A DNA stretch of 33,428 nucleotides, taken from positions 1 to 33,428 of the IMG/VR virus record IMGVR_UViG_3300020543_000018; one strand, 5' to 3'. The number at the start of each line of letters is the position of its first letter. Position 1 is the first letter of the stretch. Below are positions 1 to 9,960 of this stretch, piece by piece. The translations under genes were made by a program, and so were the position numbers. The DNA comes from a virus. Lineage: Duplodnaviria > Caudoviricetes. The notes below the pieces were generated by a model that had not been told where the DNA came from, did not search any database, and saw only the letters and a list, made by a program, of their open reading frames with translations.

Positions 1-145
1 CGCTAGGAGGAGGGGCTGCGGAAGCGACTTTCTTAAAGCGGAAAGTCAGACTGTCTCCAGCGACCTGCACTCTTGCAAAGGTCTTGTTCTGCGTCAACGC
101 GGGATTTGCGTTCCGCTTGCGAATGAACTTGGTGACTTTAGCCAT
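1..145 (-). CDS. Hypothetical late/structural protein, N-terminal part (runs off the window edge)
   Basis: ATG at 145 overlaps the TAA of the tail-fibre gene (TAATG). The frame MAKVTKFIRKRNANPALTQNKTFARVQ... is open to base 1. Confidence 0.6.
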   Translation of the reverse strand, partial: MAKVTKFIRKRNANPALTQNKTFARVQVAGDSLTFRFKKVASAAPPPS

Positions 146-1224
146 TACAAAAGAATTGTTGCGACCACAAAATTGCCAGTAGATATGGCAACTCCTGTTG
201 AATTTATATTCCTCAAATATACGGTAACTTGACCAGCCGCAGTACACAGTGCCCACATTGCTAGTGGTTGCGCCGGAACAAACGACAGAGATGCAATTGC
301 AGGCACTCCTAGCGTTGCCCCTGCAACATTTACTACATAAGATTGCGTTGTATTTGCTGCAATAGTTATGCTTGTTGTTGCTATAGCCCCTTGGACTGGC
401 CTAAAGGGAACCGTTTGCGTCCCAGATGAGCCAAATGTAACTCCAGCTCCAGCTTTAAGAGACACTCCATTGGTTGTTATCGATGTGCCTGTTAGCTGGT
501 CTGTTGTTGCAAGAAAATCTGGAGATGCAATTAGGGTTGTCGTTCGGATGGCGAATAGGGAGTTTGGACAGTTAATAAAGAGTGCAGTTCCAGTAACCCC
601 AGCACTTGATATTGTTCCTCCCTGTGTTGTTGATATTGCGCCGATAGCTGCTGGCGTTATGGTCGTGTTTGACGCTGCTGTTAATCTGCCTTTTGCGTCT
701 ACTGTGAACGTGCCAGCTTGACTGGACGATCCATATGTCCCTGCTGTTACCGCTGTGTTCGCTAGCGTTGTTACCGTAGACCCTGCCGTGGTGGTCACGT
801 CTCCAGTAAATGCTGGCATTACAGCAGCAGTTATATCTCCAGCCTGGATTGCAGACATCACTACGTTCGTGCCGTTGCCTCGCAGGTATTGACCAGAAGC
901 TGTTGATGCAGCTATGGCGTTTAGCGCACCTTGTTGCGTGCTAGCTCCTGTTCCTCCGCGACTTACAGGCAGTGTTCCAGTAGAGATGTCTGATGCGTTG
1001 ATTGGGATTGCTTGCGCGGATGTCACGCGGCCCTTTATGTCAACGGTAACTTGCGGCACAGATGAGCTTGAGCCGAATGTTCCTGTATTTGTTCCTATTG
1101 AAGGAACCAGTACGCCGTATGTTGTCTTTTTTGTTACAGCCGGACTGCCTTGGTTTACTATGAATACATCCGAATCTGAAACTGATTCTGTAGATGGCAG
1201 ATTGGAAATTTTTACGTCCGGCAT
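145..1224 (-). CDS. Tail fibre / tail-associated structural protein
   Basis: T/G/A/S-rich 359 aa with N-terminal KISNLP, two GT(Y/F)GSSS..TVDxKGRxTxA repeats and GTLPVSRGGTGA, all typical of fibre proteins. Lies downstream of the adaptor gene. Confidence 0.75.
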   Translation of the reverse strand: MPDVKISNLPSTESVSDSDVFIVNQGSPAVTKKTTYGVLVPSIGTNTGTFGSSSSVPQVTVDIKGRVTSAQAIPINASDISTGTLPVSRGGTGASTQQGALNAIAASTASGQYLRGNGTNVVMSAIQAGDITAAVMPAFTGDVTTTAGSTVTTLANTAVTAGTYGSSSQAGTFTVDAKGRLTAASNTTITPAAIGAISTTQGGTISSAGVTGTALFINCPNSLFAIRTTTLIASPDFLATTDQLTGTSITTNGVSLKAGAGVTFGSSGTQTVPFRPVQGAIATTSITIAANTTQSYVVNVAGATLGVPAIASLSFVPAQPLAMWALCTAAGQVTVYLRNINSTGVAISTGNFVVATILL

Positions 1225-1226
1225 AA

Positions 1227-2408
1227 CTAGTAGGTGTATTGCATGTTCATCCGCTGCACTTGTCCCTCTTGGCGCAGCACCTTGTCAATAGCGTCCTGCA
1301 TCCCCTTCTCTGCCATTTGCTCCGCAGCCATAGCTGCTTCAAACTGTCCTTCTGATTTCAGCCAGTCGGAGTGCATGGCGTTAATAAGGAAGTCTTTGAA
1401 CAAGTCAGGGATAGGGATGAGCTTGTAGTTTTGCGGAGCTGTGTATGGAGACTGTCCGCTAGCTGCCGTTGTGATTGGGGAATAGAAGTCCCCTTTCATC
1501 TGACGGTCGTTCGGTGGAACTAAATGGTTAGCGGATGGTTCGTGAAAGCGGAAGTAGAAGAACTGTGCTCCGGCGAGATAGTTCGTTGAGGAGTTATACA
1601 CGTCTCCCCATACAACTGGATTCTCGATGGAGTACTCGATGCACACGCTATCCGTGTTCTGCGTGATGAGGAACTTCTGTTCGGAAGCTGCGACATAGCC
1701 GGATGCCACGCCGCTATCTTCTAGGATAAATGCCACCTCTTGCGTGCGGGTCGTTGTGCGTGGATCGCGTGAGTATACGCCTTGAACCGTGTCCGCGTCC
1801 TCTGGCAGCTTGATACGGTTAATTGGCAGGATTTGCGCTCCGTCAGTTCCGTTCTTGGTGTGTAAGCAAGAGCCGATGTAGTTGTTGTACGGATACCGCT
1901 GAAACTGGCTTGCCGTGATAACGACCGTCTCCGTTGCCGTGGATGCCGAGTTGATAAGCTCGTCAGCTTGCGCCACAATCTGGATGCACGTCATCCCGTT
2001 GGATGTCACCGTTGTTGGCCCTGCTGAGATGGTGCAGGCTTGGCTTACATCCGCATCATTTGGCGTGAGCGTGAGCACTCCCTTTGGAATCTGCACAGAA
2101 ACAGACCCGCCAACGCTGTAGCTTGTGAACGTGGTGTCCTCGTAGTACGGACTGCTCTCGTCGCTAGAGAAGCGCAGGGTCAGTGTGCCTGTAGCTGGAG
2201 CATAGTCCAGCGAGTACATCTGGAGTCCTGGGTATCTTGTGATATACTGGACAAAGTCTGGCCAGCGTTCTCTGTTCCACGCCTCTGCAATCCGCTTGCT
2301 AAAAAAGTCCCGAAAGGTTGCGAACGTCTTGTTGCTCAGGCTTACCCTATCAACGCCAGCGAGTTGCAGGGTTGCGTTCAAGATGTCGCTATACGGGACA
2401 GTTTTCAT
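1227..2408 (-). CDS. Head-tail adaptor / tail tubular protein A-like, with inserted beta-rich domain
   Basis: Position after the capsid gene. Helical N-terminus (ILNATLQLAG...AWNRERWPDF), KLPED motif and helical C-terminus (IPDLFKDFLINAM) resemble podovirus adaptors. Confidence 0.55.
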   Translation of the reverse strand: MKTVPYSDILNATLQLAGVDRVSLSNKTFATFRDFFSKRIAEAWNRERWPDFVQYITRYPGLQMYSLDYAPATGTLTLRFSSDESSPYYEDTTFTSYSVGGSVSVQIPKGVLTLTPNDADVSQACTISAGPTTVTSNGMTCIQIVAQADELINSASTATETVVITASQFQRYPYNNYIGSCLHTKNGTDGAQILPINRIKLPEDADTVQGVYSRDPRTTTRTQEVAFILEDSGVASGYVAASEQKFLITQNTDSVCIEYSIENPVVWGDVYNSSTNYLAGAQFFYFRFHEPSANHLVPPNDRQMKGDFYSPITTAASGQSPYTAPQNYKLIPIPDLFKDFLINAMHSDWLKSEGQFEAAMAAEQMAEKGMQDAIDKVLRQEGQVQRMNMQYTY

Positions 2409-2719
2409 TAGTTTCCGAATCCTACCTGCAACTTCGTCCCTTTACTATTCACTCTGCATTCGGGATTGTCGCGCAAAAACTCTCGCAAAAATTCTTGGTC
2501 TTTCCAGCAATCGTAGCCCAGCTTTTGACCCCAGAAATGGAAAGCAACCCCAGGGATACGGGCTGTAAGTTCACCAATGCCTTCAACGGATTTGTGCTCC
2601 TGTGAGTTGAGCTTGCCGAGTTCTTCAGCAGCTTTCTTTGCGTCGATTCGGGACTGCTGCCACTTGGCATCCATCATGCCATGCGCTCGCTCACGGAACT
2701 CTTCTGGAATGTGTATCAT
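2408..2719 (-). CDS. Conserved phage hypothetical protein downstream of the major capsid
   Basis: 103-aa ORF coupled to the adaptor gene. Contains an ARIP...FLRDNPECRV pattern seen in small post-capsid phage proteins. Confidence 0.7.
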   Translation of the reverse strand: MIHIPEEFRERAHGMMDAKWQQSRIDAKKAAEELGKLNSQEHKSVEGIGELTARIPGVAFHFWGQKLGYDCWKDQEFLREFLRDNPECRVNSKGTKLQVGFGN

Positions 2720-2802
2720 AAGAAAATGTGCTCGTCTCTCCGAGCTGTCGCACCACTTTTAGCTCAACCTCAGTCAAGCCACGCAGGTGTCGCGGATGGC
2801 GA

Positions 2803-3882
2803 TTAAGCCCCAGTGTAGTTGAACTTGCCAAGTCCGAGCGGGTTGCCAACCACAAGGCCAGCAACTGCTTCAACAAGGCGAGCAGGGCCAGCACCGTAGT
2901 CAGGCAATGCCGTGACGTTGGCGACATTCCCACCGTAGCGAACTTCAATCAAGTCCATGTCGAGCACAAGCCCACGGGCCGTGTTCTGCGTCCAAGTGGA
3001 GCCGGAGATGGTTCCCAAGAAGGTCGTTGGGTGCAATCGCACCGTCCCGAAGTCCCCTTGGAACACGTCAACGCTCTGGATGAACGTGTCAGCAGCAGCA
3101 TCACGCTGGAAGGTCTGCACCTTCGTTGCGCCAGAACCAGTCACATTAGCGGTGGTCGTGGTCGTGAGCGCAGTCGTGCCGAGCAAGCTCGTGAATGCAC
3201 GTTTGAGGTCAGTTCCAACGATTGCGTCGAAGGACTTGTACTTGCCCGTCTGGTCGTAGATCGACTTGAGCAGGTTCTGCACAACCGTGTCGGTCAGGTT
3301 TGCGCCAAGGGCACTTCCAGTTCCAACGATGCTGTTTGCAGGAGTGATGAACGAAGGTGCACCAACCGGAGCGGTCGTGCCGATGTTCAGTCCAGTGCCG
3401 ATGTTGTCGCCACCAATCCACGCTTGGATTCCTGCCGTGAGGTAAGGATTCGTCGTGCCGTTGTCGGGTTGACCAAGCTGGTCGGACGTGAACGTCGCTT
3501 CCATCGAACGCTTGATGGCGATGATGGCTTTGGCGATGTTGTCGCTCAACTCGTCGCGAATCCCTGCAACGTCTGCGATGTCCTGCGTGAGCTTGGACAC
3601 ACGAACGGTTTGCCGGAAAATCTGTGCGTAGTTGGCGAGTTCCTTGCGATACCCAACAACAAAGTTGGAGTACGAAGTCACATCCGTGCCGTCCACGACA
3701 CCACCGACAGTAACGCCAGGGTTCTGGTCAGCTTGCCAGCGGAAGTACATGTTGCCAGGTTTGGAGCCTTTACGCGCCATTGAAGTAAATGGCGTGTCCT
3801 TGGCATCCACCAAGGCAATCATGTCCATGAGGTCTTCGCGTTTACCGCGACCGGAGAGGTTGGGTTCAGTTAATAGTGCCAT
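2803..3882 (-). CDS. Major capsid protein (HK97 fold; DUF5309/SU10-like)
   Basis: N-terminal REDLMDMIALVDAKDTPFTS..YFRWQAD, NYAQIFRQTVRVS and VDVFQGDFG motifs. Follows the scaffold gene; 359 aa. Confidence 0.85.
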   Translation of the reverse strand: MALLTEPNLSGRGKREDLMDMIALVDAKDTPFTSMARKGSKPGNMYFRWQADQNPGVTVGGVVDGTDVTSYSNFVVGYRKELANYAQIFRQTVRVSKLTQDIADVAGIRDELSDNIAKAIIAIKRSMEATFTSDQLGQPDNGTTNPYLTAGIQAWIGGDNIGTGLNIGTTAPVGAPSFITPANSIVGTGSALGANLTDTVVQNLLKSIYDQTGKYKSFDAIVGTDLKRAFTSLLGTTALTTTTTANVTGSGATKVQTFQRDAAADTFIQSVDVFQGDFGTVRLHPTTFLGTISGSTWTQNTARGLVLDMDLIEVRYGGNVANVTALPDYGAGPARLVEAVAGLVVGNPLGLGKFNYTGA

Positions 3883-3894
3883 AATATTGAGTTG

Positions 3895-4893
3895 TTAATC
3901 TACGAAACCTTTGGCTTTGAGCAGGTCAGAGAACAGCTTTGAGTCACCGTTGTTTCTAGCGAAGCTATCAAACACCTTTTTGCCATTGTCCTTAACCATA
4001 GGCGCAGCCTTGATTGCGGGTTGGCTTGGTGCTCGCTTGATAGGCTTGGGTGCTGCTGCCTGTTTCCCATGCATGTTTTGGTATGCTTGGAGTCCCAGAA
4101 CAACAATCCCAGCGATGTGTTTGTAGTCTGCTCTTTTGGCCCGAATCTCTGGGAAGTCCCTCAACACCTGCTGGGCGGTCTGATACTCTTTCGTAGAAGG
4201 GTCTTTCCACCATGGGAACTCCTTCACCGTCTGAGCGTCAGCTTCTCGCTCAACTAGCAGATATTGTCTTCGTGCTGGCAACTCCAGTTCCCTGCGCCGG
4301 AGCGCAAGTTTCTTCATTTGCCGCACTTGGGATTCATCCACATCAGCTTCTTCGCCACTAGGCAGTTGAATAACGCCGCCATCTGGATTCTCCTCGCACC
4401 ACATCAGCACCTCAGTAGCTTTTCTCCACTCTGCATCCACCTGCTCAACACTCGTGAGCTTGGCAACTGCATCAGAGATATTCTCCTGCTTTGCGACCTG
4501 GGCTGGAGCCTGACTGAGCTTGCTCTCAAGCTCCGTGAGTTTCTCCTTGTAGGCTTGCGCTTCAGCAAGGGCAGCTTTCTTAGCGGCAACTAACTTGTTG
4601 ATTCGCTTTTGAACGCCCTTGGACACATCGTCGCTGGATTCTTCGGATTCTTCTTCCGATTCTTCCTGCGTTTCAGATTCGGATTCTTCAGCTTCGGCTT
4701 CTTCAGCCTGCGGCTCTTCCTCCTCCTCTGCCGATTGCTCCTCTTGAGCGGGAGCTTTTGCTTGTCCCTCGTCGGATAGGAACGTGTCTTTGATCATCGC
4801 ACTAAGCGAATACTCATCGAGCAAACCGACTTGTTCCGCAGAACTTTCTTCCCCCTGTGACTGCGACACAGGTTGTGTTTCATCTTGTGGCAT
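3895..4893 (-). CDS. Capsid scaffolding protein
   Basis: Very acidic, low-complexity N-terminus followed by GVQKRINKLVA coiled coil. Lies between portal and capsid genes. Confidence 0.75.
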   Translation of the reverse strand: MPQDETQPVSQSQGEESSAEQVGLLDEYSLSAMIKDTFLSDEGQAKAPAQEEQSAEEEEEPQAEEAEAEESESETQEESEEESEESSDDVSKGVQKRINKLVAAKKAALAEAQAYKEKLTELESKLSQAPAQVAKQENISDAVAKLTSVEQVDAEWRKATEVLMWCEENPDGGVIQLPSGEEADVDESQVRQMKKLALRRRELELPARRQYLLVEREADAQTVKEFPWWKDPSTKEYQTAQQVLRDFPEIRAKRADYKHIAGIVVLGLQAYQNMHGKQAAAPKPIKRAPSQPAIKAAPMVKDNGKKVFDSFARNNGDSKLFSDLLKAKGFVD

Positions 4894-4974
4894 GCTGTTT
4901 TATTGCGGTGCAAGAACCGCTATCATTAACCAAGTCTGTTTGTTGTTGCCCAGACTAGCAGGCAATTAACCGCA

Positions 4975-5226
4975 CTATGCGGTCAAATCTGTATCTGTCA
5001 ACCCTCTTTTTTTAAGGGCTTCCTCTCTAAACCATAGCAAAGTTTCCTTGAGACCATTAGCCCCGTCCGCTCGTCCAGCAGCGTGTGTTCTGGCTTCTCC
5101 AGCGGTATTTCTGTCGATTGCAGAGAAAACTTCACGCTCAATGTACGAGTCAGCTACAGCCAAAATATTGTCCCATAGCTTGTTCTCGCCAGTAAAGCTA
5201 AACGCTAGTGCTTGTTCTTCGGTCAT
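4975..5226 (-). CDS. Small hypothetical protein between portal and scaffold
   Basis: 83 aa, ATG adjacent to the portal stop. Position and helical RTHAAGRADG segment are typical of this slot in podoviruses. Confidence 0.7.
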   Translation of the reverse strand: MTEEQALAFSFTGENKLWDNILAVADSYIEREVFSAIDRNTAGEARTHAAGRADGANGLKETLLWFREEALKKRGLTDTDLTA

Positions 5227-7325
5227 TTATTAACTTGGTTCACTCCCAATCTCCCAATCTGAGCGTTCTGCTGTTGCATCAGGCTCATCTGGATATTCTT
5301 CACATAGTTCTCGAACAGAGCCTTGAAGTTCTCGTCCTGCTGCAATGCCGCTTGCGCTTTCGGGTTCTTCGACATGATGTCCTGCACGAACTGCATCTTG
5401 GTCTGTGCGGCTGGATCGTTCTCAGCGTAAATGGCCTCGTTGCCTAGTAGCATATTGGCAATATCGCTCTGCACATCCTTGTACATCTGCTGGCTTGCTT
5501 GCGCTTGATTCACGATAAGCTGGTTCGCCACCTCTGGAGCCACAGCTTGCAGCATCATCTTGGTTAAGGCGTTCTTATCGATAGCTCCGCCAGCGTCCAT
5601 TTGGCTAATGGTCTGCAAGAACTGAATCTTCTTCTGGATGAAGTCAGGGTTCATGTCCTGCACGTCAAACCGAATGTTGATGTCGAACTCGTTGTGGATA
5701 GACGCCAAGTTCTGCGGGATTTGCATTCCGCCAGTAATCGCAGCAATCTCTTCTGGCGAGAGGAACTGAGCGCACAGAGCAAACACTTGCCGGAACACGC
5801 CTCTCCAACTCATAAGCCAGTTGTTCACGAGCAACTGCTGGAGCGTTTGCGTCCTGACCGGATTCACAAGCTCATGCGAGACTCCGAAGTACGCGCAGTG
5901 CCGCATCTCCACGGCTTTAATCAGGTTGAACGCTGTGTTCGGCTCCCGTGCCGGAGGCTCCATCCATGTGTAATCGTCCCGCTGCGTCACGGGCAGTTGC
6001 ACCCCTGGGCCAACCTTGTTAATAGCTCCGATGCGCTTGACCACCTTGATGGGCGGCAGCGTTGCGAACGCCGTGTAATCGCGGATAGAGTCGTGCTGCG
6101 CCTTAATCTCGTCCTGATCGGTCATCGCTAACTCAGGAATCCCACGGCTATCTGCAATCGCTCTGCGGAGCTGTTCTCTGCGGAACTCCACAAAGGGATA
6201 CTCGCCATGTGCGTAGTCCAGCTTCTCGTAGATAGCCCAGCTTGCGTCATCCTCGCGCCTGTTGCTTGCCGCCTGCGGACAGAACACGGTGTAGTAAATG
6301 CAGGGAGCCTTGCCATCCAAGCTCTTCTGGTACGCATACACCACCTCAACCATGTTGTTGTAGTTGACCCCGTTGTAGACGAGCATCGTCGTCGTGGGGA
6401 GCAGGTTGATATTGTAGAGCGTGCTGCTTTTGCCAATCTGCTGGAGTGCTCTTTCAACCCAGTTGGGATCCCAACCGTCAGTGGTGATTTTCTCGCGCAG
6501 TTCCACTTCGCTCATCCACGTTCTGCGGAAGATGACCCTGCTCCTTTGCAAGTCTGCTGTCTCAGGCGGGAAAATGATTTCATCCCAAGGCTTGAGGGCT
6601 TGCACCGTTGGCAGGTTGCGAGAGACGTACTCTTCGTCGTATGAAGTTACGCCTGTCTCAGCTAGCTCCTTAACCATGCGCTTGCATTCGGAGAGGTCAA
6701 TCCCCAAGGCAGCTTGCACGATGGACGCTGCTACGTCCGGTTGCTCCATAATCAGTATGGGAAGCTGCGCTAACTGCTCGCTGCCTGCTTGCTGTGCTAG
6801 CCCCATGATTTGTTCCATGGAAATGGACTGTGGCCGCTTGCTGATGTGCTGTTCCCAACCAACGTAGAATGCTGTCCAGCCGTACTGAAGAGCGTACTGC
6901 GCTGCTAGCTCTGCTTCTTTGCGAAGCTCATTCGCCATCTTATTGTCCCTAACCCACTGCATTAAGGTGTAGGCTACGTTCGATAGCCCTAAATCTTGCA
7001 GGTTGGACGCTTGCGCTTTGATGTCTGAGCGTTGAAAAGCTGTAACTAGCAGGGCAGATAGCTCGTTGCAGGTGCTGTCCACAAGCCGGAGCCTAACATC
7101 GCTTGCGCCTTCAAAAGGCCACGCCGGATTGCCTTCTTCACGCCATTTGCTCCATTTCTTGCCGTCATCTGTCTGTCCAGACCACCTGCAAAAGCGGATA
7201 TTATCGAACTTGGTCGCCAAATTGCCTTGGCTTGAGTTCACCATGGAGCGGTTATACTCGTCCAGAAGGTCGCCAATATCGGGCGTTGCTCCTGCAATCG
7301 CTAGTGGATCTTTGTCGTAAGTCAT
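5223..7325 (-). CDS. Portal protein
   Basis: 700 aa directly after terL. Contains WPFEGASD, HGEYPFVEF and GIPEL motifs and a Q-rich C-terminal coil. Confidence 0.8.
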   Translation of the reverse strand: MTYDKDPLAIAGATPDIGDLLDEYNRSMVNSSQGNLATKFDNIRFCRWSGQTDDGKKWSKWREEGNPAWPFEGASDVRLRLVDSTCNELSALLVTAFQRSDIKAQASNLQDLGLSNVAYTLMQWVRDNKMANELRKEAELAAQYALQYGWTAFYVGWEQHISKRPQSISMEQIMGLAQQAGSEQLAQLPILIMEQPDVAASIVQAALGIDLSECKRMVKELAETGVTSYDEEYVSRNLPTVQALKPWDEIIFPPETADLQRSRVIFRRTWMSEVELREKITTDGWDPNWVERALQQIGKSSTLYNINLLPTTTMLVYNGVNYNNMVEVVYAYQKSLDGKAPCIYYTVFCPQAASNRREDDASWAIYEKLDYAHGEYPFVEFRREQLRRAIADSRGIPELAMTDQDEIKAQHDSIRDYTAFATLPPIKVVKRIGAINKVGPGVQLPVTQRDDYTWMEPPAREPNTAFNLIKAVEMRHCAYFGVSHELVNPVRTQTLQQLLVNNWLMSWRGVFRQVFALCAQFLSPEEIAAITGGMQIPQNLASIHNEFDINIRFDVQDMNPDFIQKKIQFLQTISQMDAGGAIDKNALTKMMLQAVAPEVANQLIVNQAQASQQMYKDVQSDIANMLLGNEAIYAENDPAAQTKMQFVQDIMSKNPKAQAALQQDENFKALFENYVKNIQMSLMQQQNAQIGRLGVNQVNK

Positions 7326-9043
7326 TAGTACGCTCCTGCAAATTTTTGTCCCGCCTTCATAAGCTCATCCGTCGCATCCGAATGCTGCGGGTTCATCATT
7401 ACCAAATATCCTAGTGCGTCAATAGGGTCTTTACTAGCTCCTTTTTGCCCGTCTGCGCCTGTCCACTCCCGAAGCGAGTAAATCAGGTTCTGACACGTCT
7501 CATGCACCATAAGCCTTGGATGGTTCACCCCTTCTTCTAGGGGTTTTTCCCTATCATAGCACAGCAGGTCGTTAATGATGAGCACACGCTCATCCACACT
7601 GGCCGAAGCTGCGGGGATAAAGTATGTCGGTATCTCAGCGTCTGCTAGCATATCAAGCAGCGTAACCCCGCCTTCTTTCGTCATAGCGGCTGTTCCAGCA
7701 CTTCTTGGGTCGATATATCGCTCTGCTATCTCTTCTTTATCCTTGTCGTTAATCTCCAGCGTCTGGATAAGCAGACTGTACTCGTCCACGCCTCTGCCTG
7801 CTGAACTGCGCTGCGCTGGCCCAGGTTTCCCGTCCGGCTTCTCGCACGGCAACGCCCACTCGCCATAGCTTTGGTCAGGCCACTCTCTGTACACCCAGAG
7901 CACTCCGTTCTTGTCCACTCTCACCCAGAGCATGAACCAGTTTCGCGCACCTGCTGGGTCAACCACCATGTAGTTCGTGCCCTCAATCTCTCTCGGGTCT
8001 TTGCTGAAGATGTTGTGGTCATTGAACAGAGGGAACTGGCTTCCTGCTGTTGCTTCAGCCCAGCCGTAGGCGCGAATCTTAATCTCGTTCGTTGTCTTCC
8101 CTCGGAGCGTCTCCTTCATCCGGCTCCAGTTGTTGTAGGGGTTATCTCTTGAATGATACCAAATGCAGGCGTGTTTCCCGAACACGTTCTTGGCCATGTA
8201 GGGCATGTGCCCCGCTGGAACGCCGATGACGTTGCTGTTCGGGAGCAAGTCAGAATCTTTCCAGTGCGTAATCTTGGCTGAGTTGACGTACTCCTTCACA
8301 ACGGATGTATAGCCCTCGACAGGGGTGAACGTGATGAGCATCTTGCCGTTCCTTGTCACCAAACGGTATCTTAGCGTCTCTAGCCAATCCTGCGGCACCA
8401 ATTCATCGCACCAGATGAAGTCCACCTCACCACCTTCAATCACCTTGATGTCTTGGAAGTAGTTCATAAACCACACCTGGTTTCCCATGTATACGGCCGT
8501 ATTGTCCGTAAACCCGTTCTTCTGGCTGTAGCCAATCTGGGTGTGGACGCTCTTCTTGAGGTTCTTTAGCTCCTTTGGCAAATACTTGTAGAAGACGTTC
8601 TGCTGCGCTGACACGGAGGTGAAATGGCTCGTATGGAGCATCCATATCCGCAGGTTGCGCTTCTCGATACGTTCCTTGATCCAATCGGGCATACCGCCCA
8701 AGTCTGCGCCAACGAACATCTGCGCTGCTCTCTTTGCAGCATACTCCGTCTTGCCTGCCCTGTTCCCCCCCAAGATAATCATCTCGTTGTATTCGGAGAG
8801 CAGCTTGTCTGAGTCTGCCCATGAATCGAACTCTGTGCCGTATCGTATCGGGTCAGACTGCTCTGCGCGGATTCTGTTCTCTCGCAGCTCAAGCAACTCG
8901 ATTGTCCGAAACGCGCCAACATTCCCAATCATCCGTTTGCGCTCATCCACGCTCAACATGGGGATAATCGGATGCGGCTCTTGCTTGAGCCGGAGTATCT
9001 GCTCCACCAACTTTTCCTCTTGCTCTTTGTCTATCTCTTGCAT
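7325..9043 (-). CDS. terL: Terminase large subunit
   Basis: Walker A GGNRAGKT, Walker B FIWCDE, coupling motif ITFTP, RNase H-like nuclease VVDP...KDPIDALGY. ATG at 9043 is preferred over TTG at 9061. Confidence 0.92.
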   Translation of the reverse strand: MQEIDKEQEEKLVEQILRLKQEPHPIIPMLSVDERKRMIGNVGAFRTIELLELRENRIRAEQSDPIRYGTEFDSWADSDKLLSEYNEMIILGGNRAGKTEYAAKRAAQMFVGADLGGMPDWIKERIEKRNLRIWMLHTSHFTSVSAQQNVFYKYLPKELKNLKKSVHTQIGYSQKNGFTDNTAVYMGNQVWFMNYFQDIKVIEGGEVDFIWCDELVPQDWLETLRYRLVTRNGKMLITFTPVEGYTSVVKEYVNSAKITHWKDSDLLPNSNVIGVPAGHMPYMAKNVFGKHACIWYHSRDNPYNNWSRMKETLRGKTTNEIKIRAYGWAEATAGSQFPLFNDHNIFSKDPREIEGTNYMVVDPAGARNWFMLWVRVDKNGVLWVYREWPDQSYGEWALPCEKPDGKPGPAQRSSAGRGVDEYSLLIQTLEINDKDKEEIAERYIDPRSAGTAAMTKEGGVTLLDMLADAEIPTYFIPAASASVDERVLIINDLLCYDREKPLEEGVNHPRLMVHETCQNLIYSLREWTGADGQKGASKDPIDALGYLVMMNPQHSDATDELMKAGQKFAGAY

Positions 9044-9119
9044 ATCTTGGCTTCGGTTCAAATAGAACCAGCGTAACCGTCATGCTACGAGTAAAATCGT
9101 CATACCGGCTAAGGGAGGG

Positions 9120-9600
9120 AGAGTGGGTTTGCCCCACACTCTTAATAGAAGTGCCTCATAAGCACTGCTTTCCGTGGAGTCCGCTAGAGTAGACTAGAGT
9201 ACATTGATGGGTAAACCCTCGCTCGTGCCACGGCAAAAATGCGAAACGATTCGATACGCGACCGCGACGGATGTCGTTGTTTCCAAGCATGATAAAGCTC
9301 CTTCTTTATGGGAAGGGGCTTATTCTGCTCACTCATCTCCATCGCTCACGCTCTGGATGTGGTTGCTTCGCAAGAGAATAGCTACACCGTGCAAATGTTG
9401 AGGCTTATGCTCGAAGCCCGAATGGGCGGAGGCATAAGGTTCAACATGCGCAAGCAAAGCGCGGGTGAGCGAAGCGAGCAGCGTTTGCGAAGTTCACCTC
9501 TCCCACCTCTCACCTTCATCACCTCCATGCTACGTCTGCTTCTTGCTTATCGCAAGAACCCGACTTCGCCCTTTGGCTCACCTTATCTCCGTAGGATAAA
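9120..9600 (+). ncRNA. Candidate structured non-coding RNA or ssDNA element
   Basis: A series of hairpins in a 590-nt intergenic gap. Several stems pair through G-U only on the + strand (e.g. 9296-9321, 9358-9386, 9395-9447, 9464-9498). Confidence 0.45.
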
Positions 9601-9654
9601 GTAAGCCACATACAAAGCACATAGCAAAGGGATAGCTATGTCCTTATCCATCCT

Positions 9655-9960
9655 CTAGCTCCACTTCTTCTCTTCAAGCAGCACTCCAATGAGCGCATAG
9701 CCAGCCATGTCCTTGAACGAGTCCATATACGCCTCACATGCCGCTTGCTTATCCTTCCGCAGCAGATTCTTGATGCGCTCCATCTTGTCGTTCATCCGCA
9801 CCACAACGCCAAGTATCCCGAACTCGTCGATATTCCTCGGCCCATAATCCTGCTGCTTCTTGTCCATTAGCTGCACAAGCTGCACGGCTGCGTACAGCAG
9901 CTCTCGCCCTTGCTTCGTCTTTAGGCCCAGCTTGTCGGCCATATCGCCCACAGCGTTCAT
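9655..9960 (-). CDS. Nucleotide modification associated domain protein (DUF1599/Nmad1-like)
   Basis: KKQQDYG...GVVVRMNDKMERIKNL...DSFKDMAGYA pattern. Confidence 0.8.
   Translation of the reverse strand: MNAVGDMADKLGLKTKQGRELLYAAVQLVQLMDKKQQDYGPRNIDEFGILGVVVRMNDKMERIKNLLRKDKQAACEAYMDSFKDMAGYALIGVLLEEKKWS

Noticed and set aside
2728-3783. 351-aa plus-strand ORF
   Set aside because: Antisense shadow of the major capsid gene, with R/V-rich composition and no recognisable motif.
9204-9604. Two plus-strand ORFs (65 and 98 aa) in the terL upstream gap
   Set aside because: TTG or weak starts, opposite to all other genes, no motifs. Better explained by structured non-coding sequence.
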